Notes under the pieces: generated by a model
What the model saw: the letters and a program-made list of their open reading frames with translations, nothing else
Databases searched by the model: none
Told to the model about the DNA's origin: nothing
Position numbers and translations under genes: made by a program
Origin: Vibrio alginolyticus NBRC 15630 = ATCC 17749
Lineage (GTDB): Bacteria; Pseudomonadota; Gammaproteobacteria; Enterobacterales; Vibrionaceae
NCBI RefSeq assembly: GCF_000354175.2
Contig: NC_022349.1
Coordinates: 660,001 to 692,000 of the forward strand
DNA: 32,000 nt
Direction: 5' to 3'
In this document: positions 10,341-17,577 of the stretch, in pieces
How the letters are laid out: the number at the start of each line of letters is the position of its first letter
Position numbering within the stretch: position 1 is the stretch's first letter

Positions 10341-10683
10341 GATATAGTGGTTCCTGTGGACTTGAAATCACTAAGGCTAATCCAGTGCAAGCCATTGAGA
10401 TTCCTGACAATCCAAGCCCATTAAACTTTTTTGCAATTCCTTCCCATACTGCTTTTATCTGCGGATTATCATTGCGATCAGCGTGACAACCCAGCAATGC
10501 AATCTCAGGGTCTAAACCTGATTGCTCTGCAAGAAAAATTGCTTGTGTATCAGTCATATAACGCTTTCCTTTGCGGAAATCACTGATTCTTTGCGGCGGC
10601 ACATTCATATCCGCTGCAATTTGTTTGTCTTGTACGTAACTTTGAGCCTTTTTGTAGGCATCTAATAGTTTGTTCTGATACAT
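10315..10683 (-). CDS. Phage HTH transcriptional repressor (size equals vpf122 of Vf33 as I recall)
   Basis: 122 aa with a putative helix-turn-helix around QIAADMNVPPQRISDFRKGKRY. It is divergent from the phage structural and replication operon. Its last 9 codons lie inside the dif site. Confidence 0.7.
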   Translation of the reverse strand: MYQNKLLDAYKKAQSYVQDKQIAADMNVPPQRISDFRKGKRYMTDTQAIFLAEQSGLDPEIALLGCHADRNDNPQIKAVWEGIAKKFNGLGLSGISMACTGLALVISSPQEPLYQCALYVLC

Positions 10684-10720
10684 ACCGCTTCCTCCGTTTC
10701 CGTCAGTTTAGCTTATCAAT

Positions 10721-10783
10721 CACCATTTTTGGTGTCTTGCGCTAACCAATTTTGGTGATTACGCTAATAACCAAATTTGGTTA
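10721..10783. promoter_or_regulatory. Three operator-like palindromes in the divergent phage promoter region
   Basis: CACCATTTTTGGTG (10721-10734), AACCAATTTTGGTG (10744-10757) and TAACCAAATTTGGTTA (10768-10783). They share an ACCA-N6-TGGT core with centres spaced about 23-25 bp apart, between the repressor and the first plus-strand gene. Confidence 0.6.
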
Positions 10784-10809
10784 CTCAGTTAAATTTGCTT
10801 GGTGTTGCT

Positions 10810-11433
10810 ATGAAAAAACTCTCTACTCAGAACGCGATCATTCTTGATACGGAAACTACTGGTTTAGGTTCTCAAGCAGAAATTGTCGAGTTCACTGCTA
10901 TCTGCGCTCACACTGGCAAAGTTATCGTGAACGAACTTGTTAAACCTACATGTTCGATTCCTGCTGACGCAACGGCTATTCATGGCATCACCGATGAAGA
11001 CGTTAAGGATGCGCCCGACTTTCATTTAGTCTTCTCAAACCATTTTCTTCCGCTTCTTAACGGTCGTCCAATCATCATCTACAACTCAGATTTTGATACG
11101 CGCTTAATTATCCAATCTTTGGATAAGCACTGTAACGCTGCTTACGTCCAATCCGTTCACGATTTGTTTTTCAAGTTCTGTGTTCCTCAATGCGCAATGC
11201 TTTGGTATGCAGAGTTCTTTGGTGTTTGGAATGAACACCATGAAGATTACAAGTGGCAAGCACTTTCCAACGCTTGCGCTCAACAGAATGTTGATGTGTC
11301 TGACTTAACGGCGCACCGTGCACTGGCTGATTGTGAAATGACTCGTCGATTGATTCACACCGTTAACTCACAGATTGAAAACCAAAACAATCAAAACTGT
11401 GACAGCGTCACTAAGCCTAGTTCAGAGGCTTAA
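10810..11433 (+). CDS. DEDDh 3'-5' exonuclease (DnaQ/epsilon-like fold)
   Basis: ATG at 10810, in frame inside the TTG-started track ORF. ExoI motif ILDTETTG, ExoII motif IIIYNSDFD, ExoIII motif HRALADCEMTRRL. Confidence 0.8.
   Translation: MKKLSTQNAIILDTETTGLGSQAEIVEFTAICAHTGKVIVNELVKPTCSIPADATAIHGITDEDVKDAPDFHLVFSNHFLPLLNGRPIIIYNSDFDTRLIIQSLDKHCNAAYVQSVHDLFFKFCVPQCAMLWYAEFFGVWNEHHEDYKWQALSNACAQQNVDVSDLTAHRALADCEMTRRLIHTVNSQIENQNNQNCDSVTKPSSEA
11399..11411. other. matS-consensus 13-mer inside the prophage
   Basis: Exact GTGACAGCGTCAC, identical to the chromosomal copy at 7553-7565. It lies at the 3' end of the exonuclease gene. Confidence 0.5.
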
Positions 11434-11436
11434 TCC

Positions 11437-11652
11437 ATGAACGAAGCTCAAATCATCTATTACGACTTGCTGCCTGACTACACGGTTTCTGTGTTGGTCA
11501 AAGGTTGCGACGAATGGGATTTGCTTAAATCCATGTCTCATCTTGAGTCTTGGGCTTCGTCTCAGTTCGCTTCTTATGAGTTGGTGTCCATCACCAACAC
11601 GACCGTTGAACAACGTATCAATATGGGGGTGTTCGATGACTACTGCAACTAA
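11437..11652 (+). CDS. Hypothetical small phage protein (71 aa)
   Basis: ATG lies 3 nt after the exonuclease stop. The ORF overlaps the rep start by 17 nt, suggesting translational coupling. No motif recognised. Confidence 0.45.
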   Translation: MNEAQIIYYDLLPDYTVSVLVKGCDEWDLLKSMSHLESWASSQFASYELVSITNTTVEQRINMGVFDDYCN

Positions 11653-12784
11653 CATCCTCAAAAAGTTCGATGAGCAAAGCGTTCATATTGATTACCTGTG
11701 TTTTACGTTTGCCGTGAAAGACTTACGTCATTGTCATGATGCGGTTCGTCGATTGCACAAGCATGAGGAATACAAAGGCTTTGCCAAATCAGGACTGTTA
11801 CAGCGTCACTGTCGTGCGCCTAAGTTCCCTGCTCCACCTGTATTTAATCCGACCGTCGCTAAGACGTCTGAAGACATTGAAGCGTACAACAAAGCATTTG
11901 ATATCTGTTACCGCAACTACTTGGAAGACTGCTTGCGCATCTTCACCAATCAAGTGCTTGGTTTGTCGCTGTCTGCGCCTCGCGGTTTGGGTTTCCAGTT
12001 CTACACCGAATCCATGAAACTGACTTCGCCAGATGGTGAGGACTTCTGCGGCTTCGTTGGTATCGGCGGTAACAATGACACGGTGCATTTCCAAATCAAC
12101 GGAACGGGATGCAAGCATGTATTTGCCCGTCGTCCTACGTGGTCGCTACATGACTGGCTGACCAATGTACTTGGTGTGCAAACTCTGGCGCGTGTTGACT
12201 TGGCTTATGACGATTACGACGGGATTTTCGATTGCGAATACGCTTACAAGGCGTGGCGCGACGACTGTTTCAGAACGGCTGAACGTGGCCGTGGTCCTGT
12301 GCTTCATGAAGATATGACCATTGCCAGTATCGGCAAAGACGGCAAACCGATTTACACCAAAGAGCAATACTCGATTGGTTCGCGTACCTCGCGCATTTAC
12401 TGGCGTATCTACAACAAGGCACTTGAGCAGAAACTCGCAAACACGGGTCTTGTTTGGTATCGCTCTGAAGTCGAGCTTAAAAAATGGAATGTTGATGTGT
12501 TGCTGAATCCGGCTGGCGCGTATGCCGCGCTCAATGATTTCGCTGCGTCTATTTCTACCGCTAAGAAATTCAATACCAAACCTGTCCCGACGAAGCGCGC
12601 GGCGTTAGACCTGTTGGCCTCTGCGCATTGGATGCGTCGCCAGTACGGGAAAATCCTTAATTCACTTATCGAGTTCCATGAGGGCGACATTGAAACCGTG
12701 GTCGGTTCCCTTGTCCGTGATGGAACGAAATTCACCTTCCCCGATACCTACGGCAAGTTGGTGACTCACATATTGGAGACTTAA
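11636..12784 (+). CDS. Rolling-circle replication initiation protein (Rep_trans / RstA / pII-like)
   Basis: MTTATNILKKFDEQSVHIDYLCFTF matches the N-terminal IDxLxFT motif of the Rep_trans family, and RIYWRIYNKALE resembles the catalytic-Tyr RxYDK motif. An alternative upstream ATG at 11576 would give 402 aa (vpf402-like). Confidence 0.75.
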   Translation: MTTATNILKKFDEQSVHIDYLCFTFAVKDLRHCHDAVRRLHKHEEYKGFAKSGLLQRHCRAPKFPAPPVFNPTVAKTSEDIEAYNKAFDICYRNYLEDCLRIFTNQVLGLSLSAPRGLGFQFYTESMKLTSPDGEDFCGFVGIGGNNDTVHFQINGTGCKHVFARRPTWSLHDWLTNVLGVQTLARVDLAYDDYDGIFDCEYAYKAWRDDCFRTAERGRGPVLHEDMTIASIGKDGKPIYTKEQYSIGSRTSRIYWRIYNKALEQKLANTGLVWYRSEVELKKWNVDVLLNPAGAYAALNDFAASISTAKKFNTKPVPTKRAALDLLASAHWMRRQYGKILNSLIEFHEGDIETVVGSLVRDGTKFTFPDTYGKLVTHILET

Positions 12785-12787
12785 CAA

Positions 12788-13141
12788 ATGGCTAAATCCG
12801 TTTTTGTACTTGGCATGGATATCACTTGGAATTCAGCACGTGGTGACAGTGCTCAACTGAACGTGTCGCGTCCTCTACGTGAAATCAACTCAGAGAAATT
12901 CAAACGCCGCACTATCGGTGAATCCGGTGATGTGAATCCACAGTGGGACCAACCGTTGATGATTGATCATCAATACGCCCTATTACTTGAGCGTACTGGT
13001 GCTCTCGTTCCTCGCCGTGAATACCAATTGCGTTTGGAGATTAACCCAGACGATCCATTGGCAGGTGCCATTGTGACAGAACTCATCCCTGTGGATGACG
13101 ACATCAAGAAACATTTTGAAGCCTCGCTAAAGGCTAAATAA
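12788..13141 (+). CDS. Probable phage ssDNA-binding protein (pV analogue; 117 aa)
   Basis: It lies immediately after rep, as in other Vibrio inoviruses. Its size equals vpf117. No independent motif supports the call. Confidence 0.5.
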   Translation: MAKSVFVLGMDITWNSARGDSAQLNVSRPLREINSEKFKRRTIGESGDVNPQWDQPLMIDHQYALLLERTGALVPRREYQLRLEINPDDPLAGAIVTELIPVDDDIKKHFEASLKAK

Positions 13142-13152
13142 GGAATTTCGTT

Positions 13153-13398
13153 ATGCCTGTGTGTGCTTTACCTAACGCGGACGGTTTTCTCGCTGTCGTT
13201 CCTGACATTGAAGCGGCTTCATGCCGCGGTTATGTCATGGTGACGGCTCAAGAATATGACACGTTAATGAGCTACACACAGCTGACTCCAGGAGAGATAT
13301 CTCAAGCGTTCGGCTTGGGTTTCACCTTGGTGTTCGTTGGCGGATATCTCTCAACTTACGCCATCAAGATGGCAATACGTTTAATAAAACTACTTTGA
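13153..13398 (+). CDS. Small phage membrane protein (81 aa)
   Basis: C-terminal hydrophobic segment FGLGFTLVFVGGYLSTYAI. It lies between the ssb-like and major coat genes. Its size equals vpf81. Confidence 0.5.
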   Translation: MPVCALPNADGFLAVVPDIEAASCRGYVMVTAQEYDTLMSYTQLTPGEISQAFGLGFTLVFVGGYLSTYAIKMAIRLIKLL

Positions 13399-13408
13399 GG
13401 AATCTGTT

Positions 13409-13642
13409 ATGAAACGTCTAAACGCGCTTAAAAAGTTCGGTAAACAAGCGGCGGCAACCGTCACTGTTGCGGTGCTTTCTGTCCCTGCTATGGCGGCGGA
13501 AGGTGGTGCAGCTGACCCGTTCTCCGCTATCGACTTATCTGGTGTGGCAACCAAAATCGGCGCGGCTGGTCTGGTGATTGTCGGCATTACTATGGCTTAC
13601 AAATCCATCACCCTTGCTAAGCGTGCTGTGAACAAGGCTTAA
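13409..13642 (+). CDS. Major coat protein (pVIII-like)
   Basis: 77 aa. Signal peptide ...AVLSVPAMA/AEGG, an acidic N-terminus in the mature protein, a hydrophobic core (GAAGLVIVGITMAY) and a basic C-terminus (KRAVNKA). Confidence 0.85.
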   Translation: MKRLNALKKFGKQAAATVTVAVLSVPAMAAEGGAADPFSAIDLSGVATKIGAAGLVIVGITMAYKSITLAKRAVNKA

Positions 13643-13646
13643 GTTT

Positions 13647-13739
13647 ATGTTGGCCGTTCTCCACGATGTCCAACTCATCGTCTTTGTGCTTTTGGGTGGC
13701 ATTGCCGGATACGTGGCCAGCCAAAACTTTAGAGGATAA
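13647..13739 (+). CDS. Possible minor coat micro-protein (30 aa, pVII/pIX-like)
   Basis: Hand translation gives MLAVLHDVQLIVFVLLGGIAGYVASQNFRG*. It is hydrophobic and sits between the coat gene and the terminator. Not in the ORF track. Confidence 0.3.
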   Translation: MLAVLHDVQLIVFVLLGGIAGYVASQNFRG

Positions 13740-13762
13740 GGGGGCTTCGGCTCCCTTTTTTA
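13740..13762 (+). terminator. Intrinsic terminator or attenuator after the coat genes
   Basis: GGGGGC-TTCG-GCTCCC hairpin followed by TTTTTTATT. This is the classical inovirus position, downstream of gVIII. Confidence 0.75.
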
Positions 13763-13775
13763 TTGGTTTAATACA

Positions 13776-15251
13776 ATGAATCACTATCTCCGTTTTTTTA
13801 TTGCCCTTGTTATTCTATGCGCTAGTCATCATACGTATGCTTTAGAAGCACGTATTAGTCATATGCAAATGAGGGGGTGTGGCTCTCAAGGTGATTGGGT
13901 TGACCCTTACAAGGTGAATACTTGTTTTTTGGATACTGGGTATTTCGACTCATGCACATTTGAGAAGACATCATATGCTAATGCTCGCGATCCCTATCAA
14001 ACAGTTTGTGATAATGGGCTCGGTCTTTCTTATTCTGAGGTTCGTTGTCCAGAAAATAGCGAATTTGACCCTTCAACCTTACGTTGTAAATCGGTTTGTG
14101 AATATGGCAAGAACCCTGACGGCACTTGTATGGACGTGTGTCAGTTTAAAAAGTCCATTGATGAAATCAAATCGCTTCAGTGGTTGGCTTATGTCTATGG
14201 CGAACAAGTGACAGGGTCATGTTACGGCGATTATGGCGCAACCCGTTGTGAATTGGAGCGTACTCCTAGTGATAGTACGCTGTGTACGGGTGTTGATTCC
14301 GGCCAATGGACACAAAACACCATCTGTCATGGTAACTTTCAATTCACAGGCAACCAGTGTGAAGGCGGTACACTCTTCTGGGGTAAAGATGGCCCTGACA
14401 CCCCTATTATTCCTGATGACCCCATTCATGACCCTGACGACCCAACAGGCGACATCGAAGACCCTAGCGTATTACCTGATGGCTCAACCAATACGGTGAA
14501 TCCACCGGATACCGACAGTGAGCCAGACGTGGAAGAGCCAGACACCGATGAATCGACAGACACGGCAGTTCTGAAAGCCATTACTGGAATGAATAAGGAC
14601 GTCAACAAAGCACTAAACGACATGAACATCGACATCAATCAAGCCAGTGCTGACGTTCAAAACCAAATCATTGCGCTGAATGCGTCGATGGTCACCAACA
14701 CGCAAGCCATTCAAAAGCAGCAAATCAACGACAACAAGATTTACGAAAACACTAAGGCCCTTATCCAACAAGCGAATGCTGACATCACCACGGCCATGAA
14801 CAAGAACACCAATGCCGTTAATGGTGTGGGTGACGATGTAGAGAAAATTGCAGGGGCAATGGATGGTATCGCGGATGAAGTTTCCGGTATTTCTGACACC
14901 TTAGACGGTATCGCAAACACAGATACGTCTGGTGCAGGTACGGGTGGTACGTGTATCGAGTCCCAAAGTTGTACCGGATTTTATGAGTCGGGCTATCCCG
15001 ATGGCTTAGGTGGTTTGGTGTCCGGTCAGTTAGATGATCTTAAACACAACACCATCGACAACTTTGTGAACTCGTTTGGTGACCTCGACTTATCCAGTGC
15101 CAAGCGCCCTTCTTTCGTGCTCCCTGTGCCGTTCTTCGGTGACTTCAGTTTTGAGGAGCAAATCAGCTTTGATTGGGTGTTCGGTTTTATTCGTGCGGTG
15201 CTCATCATGACGTCAGTGTTTGCGGCGCGTCGTATTATTTTTGGAGGTTAA
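13776..15251 (+). CDS. Minor coat / adsorption protein (pIII-like)
   Basis: 491 aa with a signal peptide, Cys-rich N-terminal domains and a D/P-rich linker (PIIPDDPIHDPDDPTGDIEDP...EPDTDES). It also has an N/Q-rich helical region and a C-terminal hydrophobic anchor. Confidence 0.8.
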   Translation: MNHYLRFFIALVILCASHHTYALEARISHMQMRGCGSQGDWVDPYKVNTCFLDTGYFDSCTFEKTSYANARDPYQTVCDNGLGLSYSEVRCPENSEFDPSTLRCKSVCEYGKNPDGTCMDVCQFKKSIDEIKSLQWLAYVYGEQVTGSCYGDYGATRCELERTPSDSTLCTGVDSGQWTQNTICHGNFQFTGNQCEGGTLFWGKDGPDTPIIPDDPIHDPDDPTGDIEDPSVLPDGSTNTVNPPDTDSEPDVEEPDTDESTDTAVLKAITGMNKDVNKALNDMNIDINQASADVQNQIIALNASMVTNTQAIQKQQINDNKIYENTKALIQQANADITTAMNKNTNAVNGVGDDVEKIAGAMDGIADEVSGISDTLDGIANTDTSGAGTGGTCIESQSCTGFYESGYPDGLGGLVSGQLDDLKHNTIDNFVNSFGDLDLSSAKRPSFVLPVPFFGDFSFEEQISFDWVFGFIRAVLIMTSVFAARRIIFGG

Positions 15252-15252
15252 T

Positions 15253-15567
15253 ATGGATTGGTTAGTCGATTTATTTAACAAGCTGTTGGTGTTCCTCTAT
15301 CAGCTTTTAATCTCGCTGGTCAACATGCTCAAAGACCTGTTCTTTTGGGCGGTTGAGCAAATCATGGCAATGGTGAACCTGTTGCTCTCTGGTGTGTTCT
15401 CCCTATTCGCTCCGGTCGATATGAGCCAGTACATGACCAGTATTCCGCCTACTGTGGCTTGGGTTATGGCGGCGGTCGGTGTGCCTCAATGTCTGTCCAT
15501 CATTCTGGCCGCTATTACGGTGCGTTTGATGCTGCAATTGATTCCGTTTACGAGGTTAGGCTCATGA
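15253..15567 (+). CDS. pVI-like minor coat protein (104 aa)
   Basis: ATG at 15253 follows the RBS GGAGG. The protein is highly hydrophobic with multiple TM helices. It lies between the pIII and Zot genes and shares an ATGA overlap with the next gene. Confidence 0.65.
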   Translation: MDWLVDLFNKLLVFLYQLLISLVNMLKDLFFWAVEQIMAMVNLLLSGVFSLFAPVDMSQYMTSIPPTVAWVMAAVGVPQCLSIILAAITVRLMLQLIPFTRLGS

Positions 15568-16706
15568 TATACGCCATAGCAGGAAGACCAGGAGGCGGTA
15601 AAACCTATGAGGCTGTTGCCTACCATATTATTCCGGCCATTAAGGATGGCCGTAAAGTCATCACCAATATCACCTTAAACATTGATTGGTTCGTTAAGGT
15701 GTTTGGTGAAGACGTTCGAGAACTCATCAAAATCGTGGATGGCCGTTTAACGGATTTTGGTTCAACCTCACGTCCTTTCAGTCAGATTGAAGACTACTCC
15801 GACGAATGGCGCAATGAAAAAGGACAAGGGCCACTTTATGTGGTCGATGAGGCGCACATGAGCTTGCCAAGTCGAGGCTTGGCCGCGCCCATTCTAGAAT
15901 GGTACTCAATACACCGTCACTACGGTGTCGATATCATCTTGCTCACGCAGAACATCCGCAAAGTGCATCGAGACATTAAGGACATGATTGAAGTGACCTA
16001 CCGATGCACAAAGAACACGGCTATGGGCTCAACCAGTTCTTACACCAAGAAAGTGCAAGATGGTTGTGCCGGTGAAGTGGTGAACACCTCTACCCGATTT
16101 TATAAGTCGGAATACTTCCCGTTCTATAAGAGTCATTCGCAATCCAACAAGCAAGTGCAGGAAGCCGAAGCAAAAGACATTCGCCCGTTCTGGAAGCGTT
16201 GGCCTGTCGTCGGAACGGTGGTGCTGTTATCGCTTGGGTTAGTTTTCAATATCTGGGCTTGGTGGCCGGAGCCAGAGCAACCGCCCGACCCCGTTAAACC
16301 ACCACAACCAGTACAAACGCAGCTGCCTGATGGAACGCCAACGGTAGATACGGCAGAAACCAAAGCTAAGAAGAAAAAGAAAGCATCAGGGTTTGGGCCT
16401 TTGGAAGATTACGACTTCTACATCACCGGATACGCAAAGCAAATCGCCTACGCCAAACGGCTGAAATATGCTGCCGAACTAGACCGTGACCTGACGTTCT
16501 ACAAGATATACATCGATGTGTACGATGGCCGCGACAAGCTATTCAGTTTCGATCATCTGGACTTGGTAAAGATTGGGTATCAGTTCGAAGTGTTGAGCGA
16601 CTGCGTATATCGAGTGACTTGGGAAGAAACAGAAAGGATCTTCACGTGCGGCCAAAGAGAAAAGCCATCAGACATATTGCAGCAAAACATGCCTGTCCAT
16701 ATCTAG
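15564..16706 (+). CDS. Zot / pI-like assembly ATPase (380 aa)
   Basis: MIYAIAGRPGGGKTYEAV is a Walker A motif and LYVVDEAH a Walker B motif. There is a central TM helix (WPVVGTVVLLSLGLVFNIWAWW) and a Pro-rich periplasmic linker. Confidence 0.85.
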   Translation: MIYAIAGRPGGGKTYEAVAYHIIPAIKDGRKVITNITLNIDWFVKVFGEDVRELIKIVDGRLTDFGSTSRPFSQIEDYSDEWRNEKGQGPLYVVDEAHMSLPSRGLAAPILEWYSIHRHYGVDIILLTQNIRKVHRDIKDMIEVTYRCTKNTAMGSTSSYTKKVQDGCAGEVVNTSTRFYKSEYFPFYKSHSQSNKQVQEAEAKDIRPFWKRWPVVGTVVLLSLGLVFNIWAWWPEPEQPPDPVKPPQPVQTQLPDGTPTVDTAETKAKKKKKASGFGPLEDYDFYITGYAKQIAYAKRLKYAAELDRDLTFYKIYIDVYDGRDKLFSFDHLDLVKIGYQFEVLSDCVYRVTWEETERIFTCGQREKPSDILQQNMPVHI

Positions 16707-16808
16707 ACCGCTCGCCACAGCGTCGAAGCTAGCGTAGTCTGCGTAGACCGAGGAAGCGGAACATGTAGGACACCAAACCTTGGCACTTCCACACCGAACT
16801 TAATCATG

Positions 16809-16831
16809 GGGCTCTATACGAGCCCTTTTTT
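16809..16831 (+). terminator. Intrinsic terminator ending the phage morphogenesis operon
   Basis: GGGCTC-TATAC-GAGCCC followed by T6. Confidence 0.7.
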
Positions 16832-16962
16832 ATTACGTGCGCGGTATTGCGAGCATTTTGGGAGGGGCCCGCTTTGCGGGAGGGACCTAAAAGCGGAGCA
16901 AACCCCCGAATCTGTATTACGGGGGTAAATTCCCACTCCTTACTAACCTTGTACTCTGGTAC

Positions 16963-16990
16963 AAAAAAGCCGAGCTATAAAAGCTCGGCT
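16963..16990 (-). terminator. Intrinsic terminator of the minus-strand 84-aa gene
   Basis: Perfect 9-bp stem AGCCGAGCT-ATAAA-AGCTCGGCT preceded on the plus strand by A6, which reads as T6 on the minus strand. It lies 38 nt after the stop at 17028. Confidence 0.7.
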
Positions 16991-17027
16991 GAATCTACTA
17001 AATACAAGCATGCATAAAAGTTTCGTT

Positions 17028-17282
17028 TTACTCGTCTTCTTCTAACGCCACAATTACCTGAGATATATATTTCGGTAAATTGCTTAGATGCTCATCTAGC
17101 CTTGTTCCCGTACGTTGTGACGTTGCAGAAATATCAGCTTTAATCAATTCTAAAACAACTGATGCTGCTGCATGCTTTTTCTCAGTGTCTGTCAGTGTGG
17201 AATATTCAGTTCTCCACTTCTCATTTGCGTTATCCCAATGTGGGATTGTTTTTAGAATATCTCCCATGTACTCATTAGACAT
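17028..17282 (-). CDS. Hypothetical small acidic protein (84 aa), cargo gene A
   Basis: ATG at 17282 preceded by the RBS AGGAGG (ttaggaggcacaATG). Sequence begins MSNEYMGDILKTIPHWDNANEKWRTEY... and ends ...VALEEDE. No motif recognised. Confidence 0.55.
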   Translation of the reverse strand: MSNEYMGDILKTIPHWDNANEKWRTEYSTLTDTEKKHAAASVVLELIKADISATSQRTGTRLDEHLSNLPKYISQVIVALEEDE

Positions 17283-17301
17283 TGTGCCTCCTAACAGGTG
17301 T

Positions 17302-17375
17302 TTGATGTGTGTCAATAATATGAAACCGTATACACACAAAATCAAGAAAATAATTAATTTAGCACGCTCGTGCTA
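17302..17375. promoter_or_regulatory. Inverted repeats in the divergent cargo promoter region
   Basis: TTGATGTGTGT (17302-17312) pairs imperfectly with ACACACAAAATCAA (17332-17345). There is also a perfect 7-2-7 palindrome TAGCACG-CT-CGTGCTA (17360-17375). Both lie between cargo genes A and B. Confidence 0.35.
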
Positions 17376-17577
17376 TGCAAATTATGTATTGCAGGCCGTT
17401 TCTAAACGATCCTCTGACCTTCGGAGAGAGCTGGAGCTGGTCGATACCTATTGTTAGGCCTTCATAGCAGTGCGACTTATAGAACTGAACATAGTTGAGT
17501 TCTTTAAACTCTATGGTGTACTATATTCGTGTTTTTATGCAAGGGGTAGCTCCCTTATCTCAATAGCAGTGTTTGAA

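Noticed and set aside
11543-11635. Upstream extensions of track ORFs that start at alternative codons: rep from 11543 or 11576, exonuclease from 10777, gene B from 17470, pVI from 15220, zot from 15459, rlmL from 30019
   Set aside because: These N-terminal extensions overlap the preceding genes and have unnatural composition, and internal ATGs with RBSs fit better. The rep 11576 ATG (402 aa) remains a possible alternative.
16836-16846. CGTGCGCGGTA, an inverted XerD-arm-like sequence in the phage intergenic region, considered as an internal att junction splitting the element into two IMEXs or as a CTX-type folded attP
   Set aside because: It matches the XerD arm at only 8/11, has no adjacent XerC arm (4/11), has the wrong orientation for a junction, and lies 2.5 kb from the other att sequence. 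The single-element interpretation (about 9 kb, similar in size to f237) fits better.
16921-16932. GGGGGTAAATTC in the phage intergenic region resembles GGGGGGTAAACTC immediately right of the att site (19355-19367), considered as a duplicated flank or secondary att
   Set aside because: The similarity is limited to about 12 nt and the sequences upstream of it do not align. This is insufficient to infer a recombination scar.
17283-17577. Retron-like or toxin-antitoxin RNA repeat in the long cargo leader
   Set aside because: There is no reverse transcriptase, no tandem direct repeats and no long complementary a1/a2-type arms. Only short palindromes are present.
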